Positions 26,404 through 35,508 are shown, numbered from the stretch's first letter. The stretch: DNA of 53,936 nt from a virus (IMGVR_UViG_3300049782_000046:1-53936), one strand, 5' to 3'. Notes: generated from the sequence alone by a model not told the origin. Program-made: numbers and translations.

Positions 26404-27138
26404 TTGTCCCAGTTCACGGCCTGGATTTCCGGAGAACGCCAACGCACAAAACAGAGGAAGAGGGAGGCGCGGGTAACGCTCTTGCCTGCTCCAGCGATCC
26501 AGTTCGTGTCAGGATTTGAGTTTGCCGCTTCCCTTGTGAGCTCGTTGGCGTGGCCTTCGGCGGTCGTCCTGGCGGTCTATATCCTGCGCAGACCGCTAAC
26601 AGCCGCGTTCGCGAGAGTTCGTCGAGTTGAGGCTCTCGGCGTCTCTGCCGAACTTGATGCTGTAGAGCATGCCCGCGAAGGCGTGGAATTGGAGCTTGCC
26701 AACCCGGAACGCGACGTAGACGACCTTATTGAGCGCGCCACAGAGTTCGGCTGGCACCTCGGCAGGGCCGCCCCCGACGTTCCGCCAGGCGTCCAGATCG
26801 ACAGGTCCAGCGAAACACCCGTGGTCCACTCCGCCGCCGAGGAAGTCCTCAAGCGGCATGTGGCAAGGATCGGGCCAGAAGAGAACCTGTTCGCCTGGGA
26901 GGAAGTTGCTAATCAGCTCGAGGAATTGATCGTGTCTGGACATCTGAAGGCTGGCCAAAGGCTGCCGCCCGAGAGGCAGATCGCTGCGGAATACCAGGTC
27001 GCTTTGAACACAGCCCGCAAGGCGATCCAAACCCTCCGCCGTCGAGGCCTGGTCGTCACGATGCCGGAAAAAGGGGCCTTCGTCGCCCCTCAGTTGCCCA
27101 AGTTCTCGAGGCCCAGCCCTCCGCAATCGACCGAGTAG
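26404..27138 (+). CDS. TM protein fused to a C-terminal GntR wHTH
   Basis: SLAWPSAVVLAVYILRRPL TM; GQRLPPERQIAAEYQVALNTARKAI...KGAFV. Confidence 0.7.
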   Translation: MSQFTAWISGERQRTKQRKREARVTLLPAPAIQFVSGFEFAASLVSSLAWPSAVVLAVYILRRPLTAAFARVRRVEALGVSAELDAVEHAREGVELELANPERDVDDLIERATEFGWHLGRAAPDVPPGVQIDRSSETPVVHSAAEEVLKRHVARIGPEENLFAWEEVANQLEELIVSGHLKAGQRLPPERQIAAEYQVALNTARKAIQTLRRRGLVVTMPEKGAFVAPQLPKFSRPSPPQSTE

Positions 27139-27155
27139 CCATTGAACGCGAAGAG

Positions 27156-27204
27156 AGCCCCCGCTCCCTCCCCCAGCCGTGAGGCAAGGGAAGGAGCGGG
27201 GGCT
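27156..27204. terminator. Bidirectional terminator at the end of the late operon
   Basis: agcccccgctcc...ggagcgggggct followed by ttc. Confidence 0.7.
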
Positions 27205-27224
27205 TTCGCATCACCCGGGGAGGG

Positions 27225-27335
27225 TGGCGCTCTCAACCGGATTCGAACCGGTGTTTCCGGCAGGGGTGCCATTGCCTTTCGGCGGGCCTCGATCCCTGCT
27301 CCTGGCGGCGCCCTGGGCCACTAGACGACGAGAGC
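27225..27335 (-). ncRNA. tRNA-like RNA (Glu-type body, encoded CCA) with a 52-nt expanded anticodon arm
   Basis: Acceptor GCTCTCG/TGAGAGC+G+CCA; D arm GTCTAGTGGCCCAGGGC; T arm ACCGG-TTCGAAT-CCGGT. Confidence 0.8.
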
Positions 27336-27401
27336 GCCCCGCCGCTATACCGCGCAAGCGGGTGCCACAGCGTCCTGTGGCAGAGGCGGGAAAGGCCCAG
27401 C

Positions 27402-27767
27402 CTAGCGAACCGGGCTGACACTCTTCGGCGACACGTTCTGCCGCACGAACATGCTGGCGGCCATGGCGACGAACGCCATGATGGCCGCCGTCTGCTCATC
27501 CGACAGCGCCAGCCCGAACACCAGCGCCACCGTGATGGCGGCCTGCGCGAAACCGAGCACCGCCGAATGGATCGACGAGCCACCATCCGCGGCCCGGGTC
27601 ACGACAGCGGTCCACACGCCGATCGCCGCCGCAGCAATCGCATTGATGGCGCCGGTCTGCTCCGAGGTTAGCGGGATGACGAACGCCGTCAGCATCTGCA
27701 GCGCCGCCGACACGAACCCCAGGATGACCGCCGGCTCGCGACCGAACAGGGATGGGGAAGAAGCCAT
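27402..27767 (-). CDS. Holin-like 4-TM protein
   Basis: FGREPAVILG...internal duplication (LTSEQTGAI/LSDEQTAAI)...VRQNVSP. Confidence 0.75.
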   Translation of the reverse strand: MASSPSLFGREPAVILGFVSAALQMLTAFVIPLTSEQTGAINAIAAAAIGVWTAVVTRAADGGSSIHSAVLGFAQAAITVALVFGLALSDEQTAAIMAFVAMAASMFVRQNVSPKSVSPVR

Positions 27768-27778
27768 GACGGACTCCT

Positions 27779-28153
27779 TTAGGACGCGGGGGTGGGAGTC
27801 GGGGACGGCGCGGGGACGGTCTTGCACTCGTACGTCAGGACCGTGTCCGTGGTCTTGGTGCACGTCTCGACGCCAGTGGACCGCTTGTAGATTACGGTGG
27901 CGGGCGGCGGCGGGATCACCGGAATGGCGTGCTTGGTCGGCAGGTAGATCTTGCGCTCGGTCGACTTGCACGCCCCGTACTGCGACCGGCGCAGACGCAG
28001 CGGCTCCAACAGCCGCAGCGAGCCGTTCTTGACGGAGACACACGCGCCGTACTGCTTCGGCGCCGGCGCGGCAGTCGACGCCGTGGCAACGCCAGAGACG
28101 CCCAGGCCGACGACGAGAGCGGACAGGACAACAGCGCTCTTGGGGATACGCAT
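27779..28153 (-). CDS. Secreted protein with signal peptide
   Basis: Sec-type N-terminus; YGACVSVKNGSLRLL...CKSTER. Confidence 0.65.
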   Translation of the reverse strand: MRIPKSAVVLSALVVGLGVSGVATASTAAPAPKQYGACVSVKNGSLRLLEPLRLRRSQYGACKSTERKIYLPTKHAIPVIPPPPATVIYKRSTGVETCTKTTDTVLTYECKTVPAPSPTPTPAS

Positions 28154-28253
28154 TCGAGGATGCTCTTCCTATCAGGGGACATGCGAAAGGCGGCCCCGCA
28201 TCCGGCAGGACCGCCCCAGGGCGAACTGAAAAGGATTCCTTTCGAGTTCGCGG

Positions 28254-28376
28254 TCAGTTGCACTCATCGACGAGCCCAGGGATGCGCTCCCCGAGCTCGG
28301 GCTCCTCCTCGGGCGTGGATGCCACGGGGAGGCGTTCTTGGTACGGCCACCACGCCGCGAACAGGCCGTCCATCAC
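28254..28376 (-). CDS. Small hypothetical protein
   Basis: Overlaps the endolysin stop. Confidence 0.35.
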   Translation of the reverse strand: MMDGLFAAWWPYQERLPVASTPEEEPELGERIPGLVDECN

Positions 28377-29167
28377 GACACCCGCAGCAGGGCAGACCAG
28401 GTCTTCGGCCCAACGACTGAATCGGCGTCGAGCTTCTTCAGCTTCTGGAAGCCCTTGATGAGGCCGGCCAACTCGTCGTCGTACCGGGTCCGTCCCAGCC
28501 ACGCTTCCAGCCCCACTGTGGCGTACACGGCCTCAGGCAGGTAGCCGCGGGCATTCAGTGCCCCGCGAGCGGTCTTGACGTCGTAGTTGTCGTCTCCAGG
28601 GCGGAGCAGGGGCAGGTCCTTCACGAGCTTCTCCGTCCAGGACAGGGGCGGGGCGGCGGCCTCGCCACGCAACAGGGCGGCCACGTCCCGGCGGAAGGCG
28701 GCCATGCTGATCGAGTGCGGGTCCGGCTTGGAGGAGTTGACCTCCTTGTGGCCCTTCACCGTGGACACCGGCAGCCCGAACTCGCGGCACAGCTCCGCGC
28801 ACAGCCGCTTGTAGGCGGCCAACTGTTCGGCCGGCCACGGGGTGCGGCCGTCGTTTTCCGCCTCGATGCCGATCGAGCGGCTGTTGGTGTGCCCCAGCGA
28901 CAGGCTGGGCGCGTTATGCCAGCACCGTCCTGCAGCAACGATGAAGATCCGCCCGTCCCGTCTAAGCCAGATGTGGGAGAGCGGCCCGTCCAGGCCTGGC
29001 CTGCCGTCACGCACCACGTGCATGTCGTTCCAGCCTGCGGTGTGGTGGCAGACGACGCCGTCGACCTCGGGCTGGGGGCCGTGACCGCGCGTCTTCCAGC
29101 CGGGCACTTCCGTCACCGGGCACCCGGTACGGCGGGCCACGTCGGCGAGCTGGATCAGGTACGGCAT
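28373..29167 (-). CDS. Endolysin: N-acetylmuramoyl-L-alanine amidase with peptidoglycan-binding domain
   Basis: VVCHHTAG, SIGIEAEN, GHKE..KPDP; FQKLKKLDADSVVGPKTWSAL. Confidence 0.9.
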   Translation of the reverse strand: MPYLIQLADVARRTGCPVTEVPGWKTRGHGPQPEVDGVVCHHTAGWNDMHVVRDGRPGLDGPLSHIWLRRDGRIFIVAAGRCWHNAPSLSLGHTNSRSIGIEAENDGRTPWPAEQLAAYKRLCAELCREFGLPVSTVKGHKEVNSSKPDPHSISMAAFRRDVAALLRGEAAAPPLSWTEKLVKDLPLLRPGDDNYDVKTARGALNARGYLPEAVYATVGLEAWLGRTRYDDELAGLIKGFQKLKKLDADSVVGPKTWSALLRVS

Positions 29168-29487
29168 CAGCCCTCTTCTCTGGAGTGCTCGCGGCGCTTG
29201 TCGCGCCAGGTCCGCAAGATGATGGCCAGCCGCCACGCCAGGACCACAGGCAAAAGCGCGAAAGCCGCCAAGCGGGCTACCAGGAGCCAGCCAGCGTCGG
29301 GGAACCACACCCGTAGCGTCCACAGGCCCAGCAGGACCGCCAGCACGCCCTGGAAGGACATCACGTGCCTGCCCGCGCTCGTCTCCCACCAGCGGGCCAG
29401 CAGCGCCTGAGCGAGGACACACGCCCACGCCAGCAACGTGGTGACAAAGAGGAACGCGGAACCGACGACGAACAACGGGTCACGCAT
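29167..29487 (-). CDS. Putative holin (3 TM)
   Basis: ARWWETSAGRHVM; three TMs; directly upstream of the lysin. Confidence 0.7.
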   Translation of the reverse strand: MRDPLFVVGSAFLFVTTLLAWACVLAQALLARWWETSAGRHVMSFQGVLAVLLGLWTLRVWFPDAGWLLVARLAAFALLPVVLAWRLAIILRTWRDKRREHSREEG

Positions 29488-29689
29488 GGCGGCCCCCAAA
29501 CGCGTCGTCCAGCAGCGCCCGGAATCCGTTAGCCTCCCGAAGCCGGCGCAGCCTCTGAGCGAGCGTCAACGTCTTACGGGCCCGCTCCATAGCGCGCTGC
29601 AAATCCTCCTCGGCACGCTGCCGTGACTCCTGTGCCGCCTGTCTCGCCTCGCTGATGTCCGGCATCCTCTCGTCATCGCGCTCGGTCAT
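29480..29689 (-). CDS. Small lysis-cassette coiled-coil protein
   Basis: LRRLREANGF; coupled to its neighbours. Confidence 0.6.
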   Translation of the reverse strand: MTERDDERMPDISEARQAAQESRQRAEEDLQRAMERARKTLTLAQRLRRLREANGFRALLDDAFGGRHA

Positions 29690-30012
29690 GACCCTGCCTC
29701 GATCTGCCGGGAGCGGATCTCCGCCAGCAGAGCGGCTGCTATCTGCGCGCCCTCGGTGCTGGCCAGGAGCGCCGCCCGGATCTCCTCGGCATGCGCCCGT
29801 CGGGTGAGCTCGTGCGCCTCGCACTCGCGGACGTACAGTTGCCGCCAGTCCGTAGCGTCCTGGCTGGCCTCGGCCACGCGGGCGTCACGGTCTGCGCGCA
29901 CGTCCTCCAGGGTTGCGCGGGGTACGAGCCGCCCGGAGAAGACCAGCCAGAGCACCGCGAACAGGACGCCGACCGCGCCGAGTTGTACGACGGGGATTTG
30001 CGCCCACTCCAC
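29686..30012 (-). CDS. Membrane protein (lysis cassette)
   Basis: TM followed by GRLVPR motif. Confidence 0.7.
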   Translation of the reverse strand: MEWAQIPVVQLGAVGVLFAVLWLVFSGRLVPRATLEDVRADRDARVAEASQDATDWRQLYVRECEAHELTRRAHAEEIRAALLASTEGAQIAAALLAEIRSRQIEAGS

Positions 30013-30146
30013 TCACAGCCTCCAGCGGTCTCAAAAGGGGGGTGCCGCCCGCGAGCATCCACAACGGGCGGCACCGATCTGGGGATGGCCGCCCGCGCCT
30101 CCCAGTAAGGGGGCGCGCATCCGGGGCCCCGCGCGGGCGGCCACGA

Positions 30147-30539
30147 TCAGGGCGAACTGTCCATCTGGCCGGAGAGTTTCAGGTTGACCAGGGTGCTGTT
30201 GACGGTGGTCTTCAACGTGTTGATCAGCGTCTGCGCGGTGCTGTTGTAGGACGCTCCAGCGTCCGTAGCCGTGATGGGTGCGACATAATCAGCCACTCCT
30301 TGGGCCAGCAGCGGCACGTCGCCCAGTGTGGAGCGCGCCCACATCTGCCCGGACACGGCGTAGATGTGCACATCCCCCGACGGCGGTGTGGCGGGGGCGG
30401 TCATGTTGCGCAGGATCCACCCAGCCGAAGCCGACGTGATCGCGGGCCGCTGCCCAAGCTGCGCTTCGAGTTGTTCGACGCGGGCGGTCAAGTGGCGGAT
30501 CTGCGCGAACAGGTCGTCGGGGTAGCGATCTATGGTCAC
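30147..30539 (-). CDS. Minor tail protein
   Basis: DDLFAQIRHLTARVEQLE coiled coil; position after the baseplate genes. Confidence 0.6.
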   Translation of the reverse strand: MTIDRYPDDLFAQIRHLTARVEQLEAQLGQRPAITSASAGWILRNMTAPATPPSGDVHIYAVSGQMWARSTLGDVPLLAQGVADYVAPITATDAGASYNSTAQTLINTLKTTVNSTLVNLKLSGQMDSSP

Positions 30540-30541
30540 GG

Positions 30542-32377
30542 TCAGCTCCCGCCTTCTCCGCCGACGCTGGGGCCGCCCTCGTCTTGTCCGGCCAGCACCA
30601 GTTGCACCTGCTCTTTGCCGTCTTGCCTGCTCACCGGGGTGATCCCCAGGCCGATGATGCGGCGTTCCCGCCAGTGCGGGCGGTGCCATTCGTTGTCCAG
30701 GTAGATGCGGCACCAGTCGCCCAGCTTGTTCGGGTGCAGTGAAGGGGAGGAGCCGAGCGCGACCGTGTACGTCTCCACCCGGACCGCGCCCGGCGCGATC
30801 GACACCCAGTAGGCGGCGTAGTCCTCCAGCGTGTCCTGCACGGTCACGTCCGAGTAGGACAGGGTGCGGTCGATGCGGGGCCAGCCCGCGTCCAGGTGGT
30901 CGGTCGCCTCGTGCACGCTGGAGATGAGCGGCTGAGCCGTGGTTGACGCGTCGGTGCCGGACGTCGGGGTGCCGCCTCGTGCCCGGTACCGGGTTGCTCC
31001 GCGGCTGGCGCTCACCTGCTCACCCCAGGCCACGATCTCGCCGCCGTTGGGCCCGTACCCCAGGATGTGCTGCGCCGTCGGCTCGCCGAGCCGCGGGTAG
31101 CCCCACTTCATCTGGCGGACGATCGTCCCGCCGGAGGCGAACACATCGACGCAGTACTCGAAGCCGTTGTCCACCTCGGCCAGCTGCTGGACGCGCTGCC
31201 CGTAGGTGCCTCCGTCGTCGGCGTAGGTGCGGTCCCGCAGCACGCCCGACATGCCGGACGGGATGACAAGGCCGATGTTGGCGTACTGCTGCCCCTGCAT
31301 GGAGGCGACGAGCCCGCGCAGGATGTCGATCTGGTCGGCCTGCTCGAAAAACATCTCCGTCTGGAATTCGACCGAGTTCAGGTAGCCGTCCAGGGTGGTG
31401 CCCTGGATCTGCAGGCTCGGGGTGGCGCGGCCGGACTGGGACGGGTTCGCTTCGGTGATCCAGTATTCGCCCCAGATGTCGCCGTCTCGCAGGATGTCCA
31501 CCACCACCACACCGGCTCCGGCGGACAGGACGGTGGAATCGCGCGGGAACACCTCCGCCACCAGGTCGCCCACCTCGCCGGACGGGATCGGCACCGTGGC
31601 GCTGAATGACCCGGGCTGGCCGATGCGCTTGTCGAAGGAGACGTTCGCCAACTCCAGAAACCCCAGGAACTGCCCGTCGCGTAGGCGCCGGAACCGGTAC
31701 TGGTAGCGGGCATCTCCCCGGGCCGGCGTGAACGGCGGGAAAGTGGGGATCTCCGGCTCTTGCGTCGCAGCGGCGGCGATCGAGATGGTGAGGCCGACAG
31801 ATGCTCGCACCGCTTGCGGCGACGCGGTGAACACCGCCGTATCAGAGGCGGCGGACGTGTTCACGGACTTGGTCGCCAGGGTGGTGGCGACGAGCTGGAA
31901 CACCGACTCGGTGGATCCGCGGTTGGTGTACCCGGACGGCGTCTGCCAGGTGATGGTCGTCGCGGCGAGGTCGATCGCGGCGAACCGGATCTCCAAGCTC
32001 GGCACGCCCGCCGGGCTGACGCCGGGGGTAGGCGTGGTGGGGGTCGTGTTGTCTACGGAGGCGATGACAGCGGCAACGGCGGGGTCCGCGCCCTGGACGG
32101 CGACCACATGGATCTGCCCGTCCGACAGCCCGGCCTGGCCGAAGCTGTATTCGCTAGCCTCGCCAATGGTGGCGGTGCGGCGCCACACCCGCACCGCCAG
32201 GTTGCCGTCGTGGGAGCCGGCCTGGCTCCACCCGGAGGCGGTCATCTGCGCCAGCGCTTCGTCGGTGCAGTGGATCGCCCACAGCGTGTCGCCTGCTTGG
32301 ACGCCCTGCGGCTTCGCGACGGTGATGGTGGTGCCGGTTCCCGTTGCGGAGCTGACGGAGCGGACGGAGATAGCCAC
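30542..32377 (-). CDS. Minor tail / baseplate hub protein with N-terminal beta-rich domain
   Basis: SFDKRIGQPGSFS, LRDRTY, QLAEVDNGFEY, WGYPRLG; position after Dit. Confidence 0.75.
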   Translation of the reverse strand: MAISVRSVSSATGTGTTITVAKPQGVQAGDTLWAIHCTDEALAQMTASGWSQAGSHDGNLAVRVWRRTATIGEASEYSFGQAGLSDGQIHVVAVQGADPAVAAVIASVDNTTPTTPTPGVSPAGVPSLEIRFAAIDLAATTITWQTPSGYTNRGSTESVFQLVATTLATKSVNTSAASDTAVFTASPQAVRASVGLTISIAAAATQEPEIPTFPPFTPARGDARYQYRFRRLRDGQFLGFLELANVSFDKRIGQPGSFSATVPIPSGEVGDLVAEVFPRDSTVLSAGAGVVVVDILRDGDIWGEYWITEANPSQSGRATPSLQIQGTTLDGYLNSVEFQTEMFFEQADQIDILRGLVASMQGQQYANIGLVIPSGMSGVLRDRTYADDGGTYGQRVQQLAEVDNGFEYCVDVFASGGTIVRQMKWGYPRLGEPTAQHILGYGPNGGEIVAWGEQVSASRGATRYRARGGTPTSGTDASTTAQPLISSVHEATDHLDAGWPRIDRTLSYSDVTVQDTLEDYAAYWVSIAPGAVRVETYTVALGSSPSLHPNKLGDWCRIYLDNEWHRPHWRERRIIGLGITPVSRQDGKEQVQLVLAGQDEGGPSVGGEGGS

Positions 32378-32409
32378 CAGCCACCCCCGCCCTCACACCG
32401 TTTAGGAGG

Positions 32410-33477
32410 TCACAGCCAGGCGTCGCGGTACAGGACCACAGCAGGGTTGGTGACGCCGCCTGAGCCGGAGCTGTACAGCAGCTCGTTTTCTCCGCGGGCG
32501 AGCACCATCTCCGTCACCGGCACCGAGACGCCAGTGAGGGTGGACATCTTCGAATCCGATCCGATCACGGCAGTGCCGGCGTCGGTATCGATGACGAGCA
32601 GCTCGCCGTCCGCGATCGTCAAGCTGAACTGCAACACCCGGTCCAGCGTCTGGTTGGTGATAGTCGGGTCGACGACCGGGCCCGGGATACGCAGGATCGG
32701 GTGAGTGGCGACGTTCCCGGCGTTCGTCATCGAGATTTCGTCGCCGAGCGGCAGATTCACGCCGGTGCGGGACAGGCTGTAGCGGCGCGGGTCCGAGCAG
32801 ACGATCAGCAGCGACACCGTGGGAGCACCCACCGAGTAGAGGCCGTCCATGGGGATGTCGCGGTCGGCGATCGCCCCGAACGCCAACTGCGCGTCGCCGT
32901 AGCCTTTGACGACGAGCGGCCATTCGGTTTCGTCCTCCAGGACGCCGGTGACCGAGTCGAGCTGGGCGAGTAGGTCGTCCATCTGGGTGGGGTCGGCGAT
33001 GCTGTTGGGCTGCAGCCGGATCGTCACCAGCCGCTGCTGGGCCAGCCTGCGGGCGGCCCACGCGCCATGCCGGCTCGGCCGTTCCACGTTCAGGTTGTCA
33101 AGTTGCGGCAGGCTGCGCCAGCCGTCGATCGACTGGACCGCGAACGACGTGCCGGACCCCCACAGGGTGCCGTTCCACTCGATCTGCCCGTTCGCCCCGG
33201 TCAACTGGTCGCCCGGGGTGGGCGGCACCGACGCGACGATCGCCGGGAACTCCCAGCCCAACTCGAAGACCGGCAGGTTGATCGGGATGGACAGGGGCGG
33301 GAATTCCCAGCCCAGACTGAACGTGCCGAGCGGGATCGTCACCGACGGCGAGGTGACCGTCAGTGCCGGAAACTCCCAGCCCAGCGAGAAGGCCGGCAGT
33401 TCGACGGTCGCCTGCCAGTAGACGAGTCTGCCCCGGATCGTTACCGGGATCGGCTGGGACCTGCCTAGGCGAGCCAC
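32410..33477 (-). CDS. Distal tail (Dit)-like protein with N-terminal LGWEFP repeats
   Basis: IDGWRSLP, CSDPRRY, NAGNVATHP, YRDAWL. Confidence 0.75.
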   Translation of the reverse strand: MARLGRSQPIPVTIRGRLVYWQATVELPAFSLGWEFPALTVTSPSVTIPLGTFSLGWEFPPLSIPINLPVFELGWEFPAIVASVPPTPGDQLTGANGQIEWNGTLWGSGTSFAVQSIDGWRSLPQLDNLNVERPSRHGAWAARRLAQQRLVTIRLQPNSIADPTQMDDLLAQLDSVTGVLEDETEWPLVVKGYGDAQLAFGAIADRDIPMDGLYSVGAPTVSLLIVCSDPRRYSLSRTGVNLPLGDEISMTNAGNVATHPILRIPGPVVDPTITNQTLDRVLQFSLTIADGELLVIDTDAGTAVIGSDSKMSTLTGVSVPVTEMVLARGENELLYSSGSGGVTNPAVVLYRDAWL

Positions 33478-33490
33478 GCGCCCTCCCTAC

Positions 33491-34198
33491 TCAGTAGAAG
33501 GCTGCGCGCTGGATCGCCTGCCCGAGCATGATGCCGCGCCGCAGCGGAGGAGGCGTCACCGGCAGGATCTCGGCTGCCACCCAGTTCCAGTTCCGCGTCG
33601 CCGCCGACGAGCCGTTGAAGTTGAGCGTGACGCCGCTGCTCGGGGTGGCGGTGTCGGCCGCTTTGTAGACGGCGATCCCGGACGGGGAGGGGAAGCTGCC
33701 GAACACGAACCCCACATCCGACGTGGTGGGGGCCTCGAACCGGGCGGCGTCACCAGCGATGCCGACTGCCCGCGAGTTCGCCACCGTCGAGGTGTAGACG
33801 GTGGGGGTGATGTCGACGGCGGCGGAACTGTCCTCGCCGGTGGCGCCGACCGGGTTGGTCAGGTCGGCGCCGGTGATGACAAGGACTTTCAGCGCGGTGT
33901 AGCCAGTACCGCTCGTGGTGAGCGTCACCGTCCGCGCCACCGACGACACCGCCGGGGCGGTGAAAATCTTCACCGTGGTCGTGTACGCCCCCGCGTCCTC
34001 CCCCGCCTGCCGGTTGACCCGCTGCGTCCACGTGAGCGCCCCGCCCGTGTTGGAGACGGTGTTTGTCACTCCGCTACCCGAGTTGCACATGCACAAGGCG
34101 ACCAACAGCGAATCGACAGGAGCGGTGAAGCTCGCCGTCGTACACGTGTTGTCCCCCTCCGCCAGCGCCGGTGTCGAGGAGTCGATGGCGAGCGGCAC
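33491..34198 (-). CDS. Putative virion / tail-associated beta-rich protein
   Basis: Thr/Ala/Ser-rich; lies in the tail operon. Confidence 0.6.
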   Translation of the reverse strand: MPLAIDSSTPALAEGDNTCTTASFTAPVDSLLVALCMCNSGSGVTNTVSNTGGALTWTQRVNRQAGEDAGAYTTTVKIFTAPAVSSVARTVTLTTSGTGYTALKVLVITGADLTNPVGATGEDSSAAVDITPTVYTSTVANSRAVGIAGDAARFEAPTTSDVGFVFGSFPSPSGIAVYKAADTATPSSGVTLNFNGSSAATRNWNWVAAEILPVTPPPLRRGIMLGQAIQRAAFY

Positions 34199-34696
34199 CT
34201 ACGCCTCCTGCCACACCACGTAGGTGTAGGCCAAAACCGCAGTACCGGCCGTCACCCGGACGCGCAGAAACTTGCTGACCGGGACGACGAACTCGCGGCC
34301 GAGCGGCCACATCTTCACATACGACGTGGTGGGCGAGACGAGCTGCACGTCGCCGTAGCGGGTCGCCGTGATCGAGCCCTCAGCGGTGGCGGTGAAACCT
34401 GTCGCCGACGTCCCCAACGTGACCAGCGACGCGGGCGCGTTGGGGTCGTCGTAAGGCTGCACACCGCTGGCCGCATGCGCTGTCACGGTGGCGGCCACAT
34501 CCGTCTGGATCAACTCAGAGCGGATGGGAGTTGCAGCAGCGGCCCCGTCGAAACTGATCCCCCACTCCACGACGCGGATCACCCTCGTGGACGGGGTGGC
34601 GATCTGCAACAGCGTCTTGATCGCCGTGCCGGTGGTGACCGGCGACAGCGCCGCCGTGGTCGGCATCGCCCCGTTGGCAGCCCAGTACAAGGCCAT
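34199..34696 (-). CDS. Putative virion protein
   Basis: Beta-sandwich-like composition; RBS AAGGGG. Confidence 0.6.
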   Translation of the reverse strand: MALYWAANGAMPTTAALSPVTTGTAIKTLLQIATPSTRVIRVVEWGISFDGAAAATPIRSELIQTDVAATVTAHAASGVQPYDDPNAPASLVTLGTSATGFTATAEGSITATRYGDVQLVSPTTSYVKMWPLGREFVVPVSKFLRVRVTAGTAVLAYTYVVWQEA

Positions 34697-34763
34697 GACC
34701 GGCCCCTTTCAAGCAGAAAGCCCCGCACGCTGGCGGGGCGAAGGAATCGGAATGGAGGCGGGG

Positions 34764-35237
34764 TCAGAGCAGCGGGCCGACGACGTTGAGTTTCATCGCG
34801 CCGTCGGTGTGAATGTTGACCGCGAAGGTGCCGTCCTGGCTGGAATACTGCTGGACGAAGGATCGGAACAGCACCGCCCTGTTACTGAGGGCCGTCGCAT
34901 AGAACAGGGCCCCCTTCGCGTCGGTGATCGTGCTGGAGGGCCACGACAGGTTGTCGAAGTCCCACCGCATGTAACCGGGCGAAGCGCCCAACTCCTCGAA
35001 CACCACGTTCGTCAACGCGAGGCCGCCGGCGGTGTACCCAGCACCGGACACCTCTCCAGCAGAGAACGGCGACGACCCGTAGGCCGGATTCACCTGCGAC
35101 GCGTCCGGCGTGACGCTGTCTTGGAACAACGCCGCTTTGAACGCCCCGGCCGACGTGTCGCCCATGTTCAAAGCGATCACGTTGGTGAGCGCCTTGATCT
35201 GCGTGTCGATGAACAGCAAATCCCTGGTGATCGCCAC
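34764..35237 (-). CDS. Putative virion protein
   Basis: FKAALF...EVSGAGYTAGGLAL motif typical of tail-associated proteins. Confidence 0.65.
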   Translation of the reverse strand: MAITRDLLFIDTQIKALTNVIALNMGDTSAGAFKAALFQDSVTPDASQVNPAYGSSPFSAGEVSGAGYTAGGLALTNVVFEELGASPGYMRWDFDNLSWPSSTITDAKGALFYATALSNRAVLFRSFVQQYSSQDGTFAVNIHTDGAMKLNVVGPLL

Positions 35238-35240
35238 CGG

Positions 35241-35462
35241 TCAGCTCCTCAAATTGATCTGGACGTCCCGGTGGTAGCCGCCGTTCTCGTCGGTGCGTTC
35301 GGTCACGTCGTTACCTGCCTGGTCCCGCACCGTTTTGCGGGTTGGTGTGTCCTCCAGCACCTGATCTCGGGTGGTCCAGGTCCACCCGGCTGGGCGGACC
35401 TGGATCCCCTTGCGGCGCATGTACTCGCCGAACGTCATCCCGGACTCTGGGGTCCAAGGCAT
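35241..35462 (-). CDS. Hypothetical protein
   Basis: RBS GGGAGG. Confidence 0.6.
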   Translation of the reverse strand: MPWTPESGMTFGEYMRRKGIQVRPAGWTWTTRDQVLEDTPTRKTVRDQAGNDVTERTDENGGYHRDVQINLRS

Positions 35463-35508
35463 GGCGAAACCGCCTCCCAGCAGATCGATTGAGATGAAGG
35501 AAGGCGGC

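Noticed and set aside
30041-30143. Paired hairpins between tail and lysis genes as an ncRNA or riboswitch
   Set aside because: Adequately explained as a terminator or attenuator; no recognisable family motif
30147-35462. Diversity-generating retroelement or invertible tail-fibre cassette
   Set aside because: No reverse transcriptase, invertase or ~100-bp template/variable repeat pair noticed in the window
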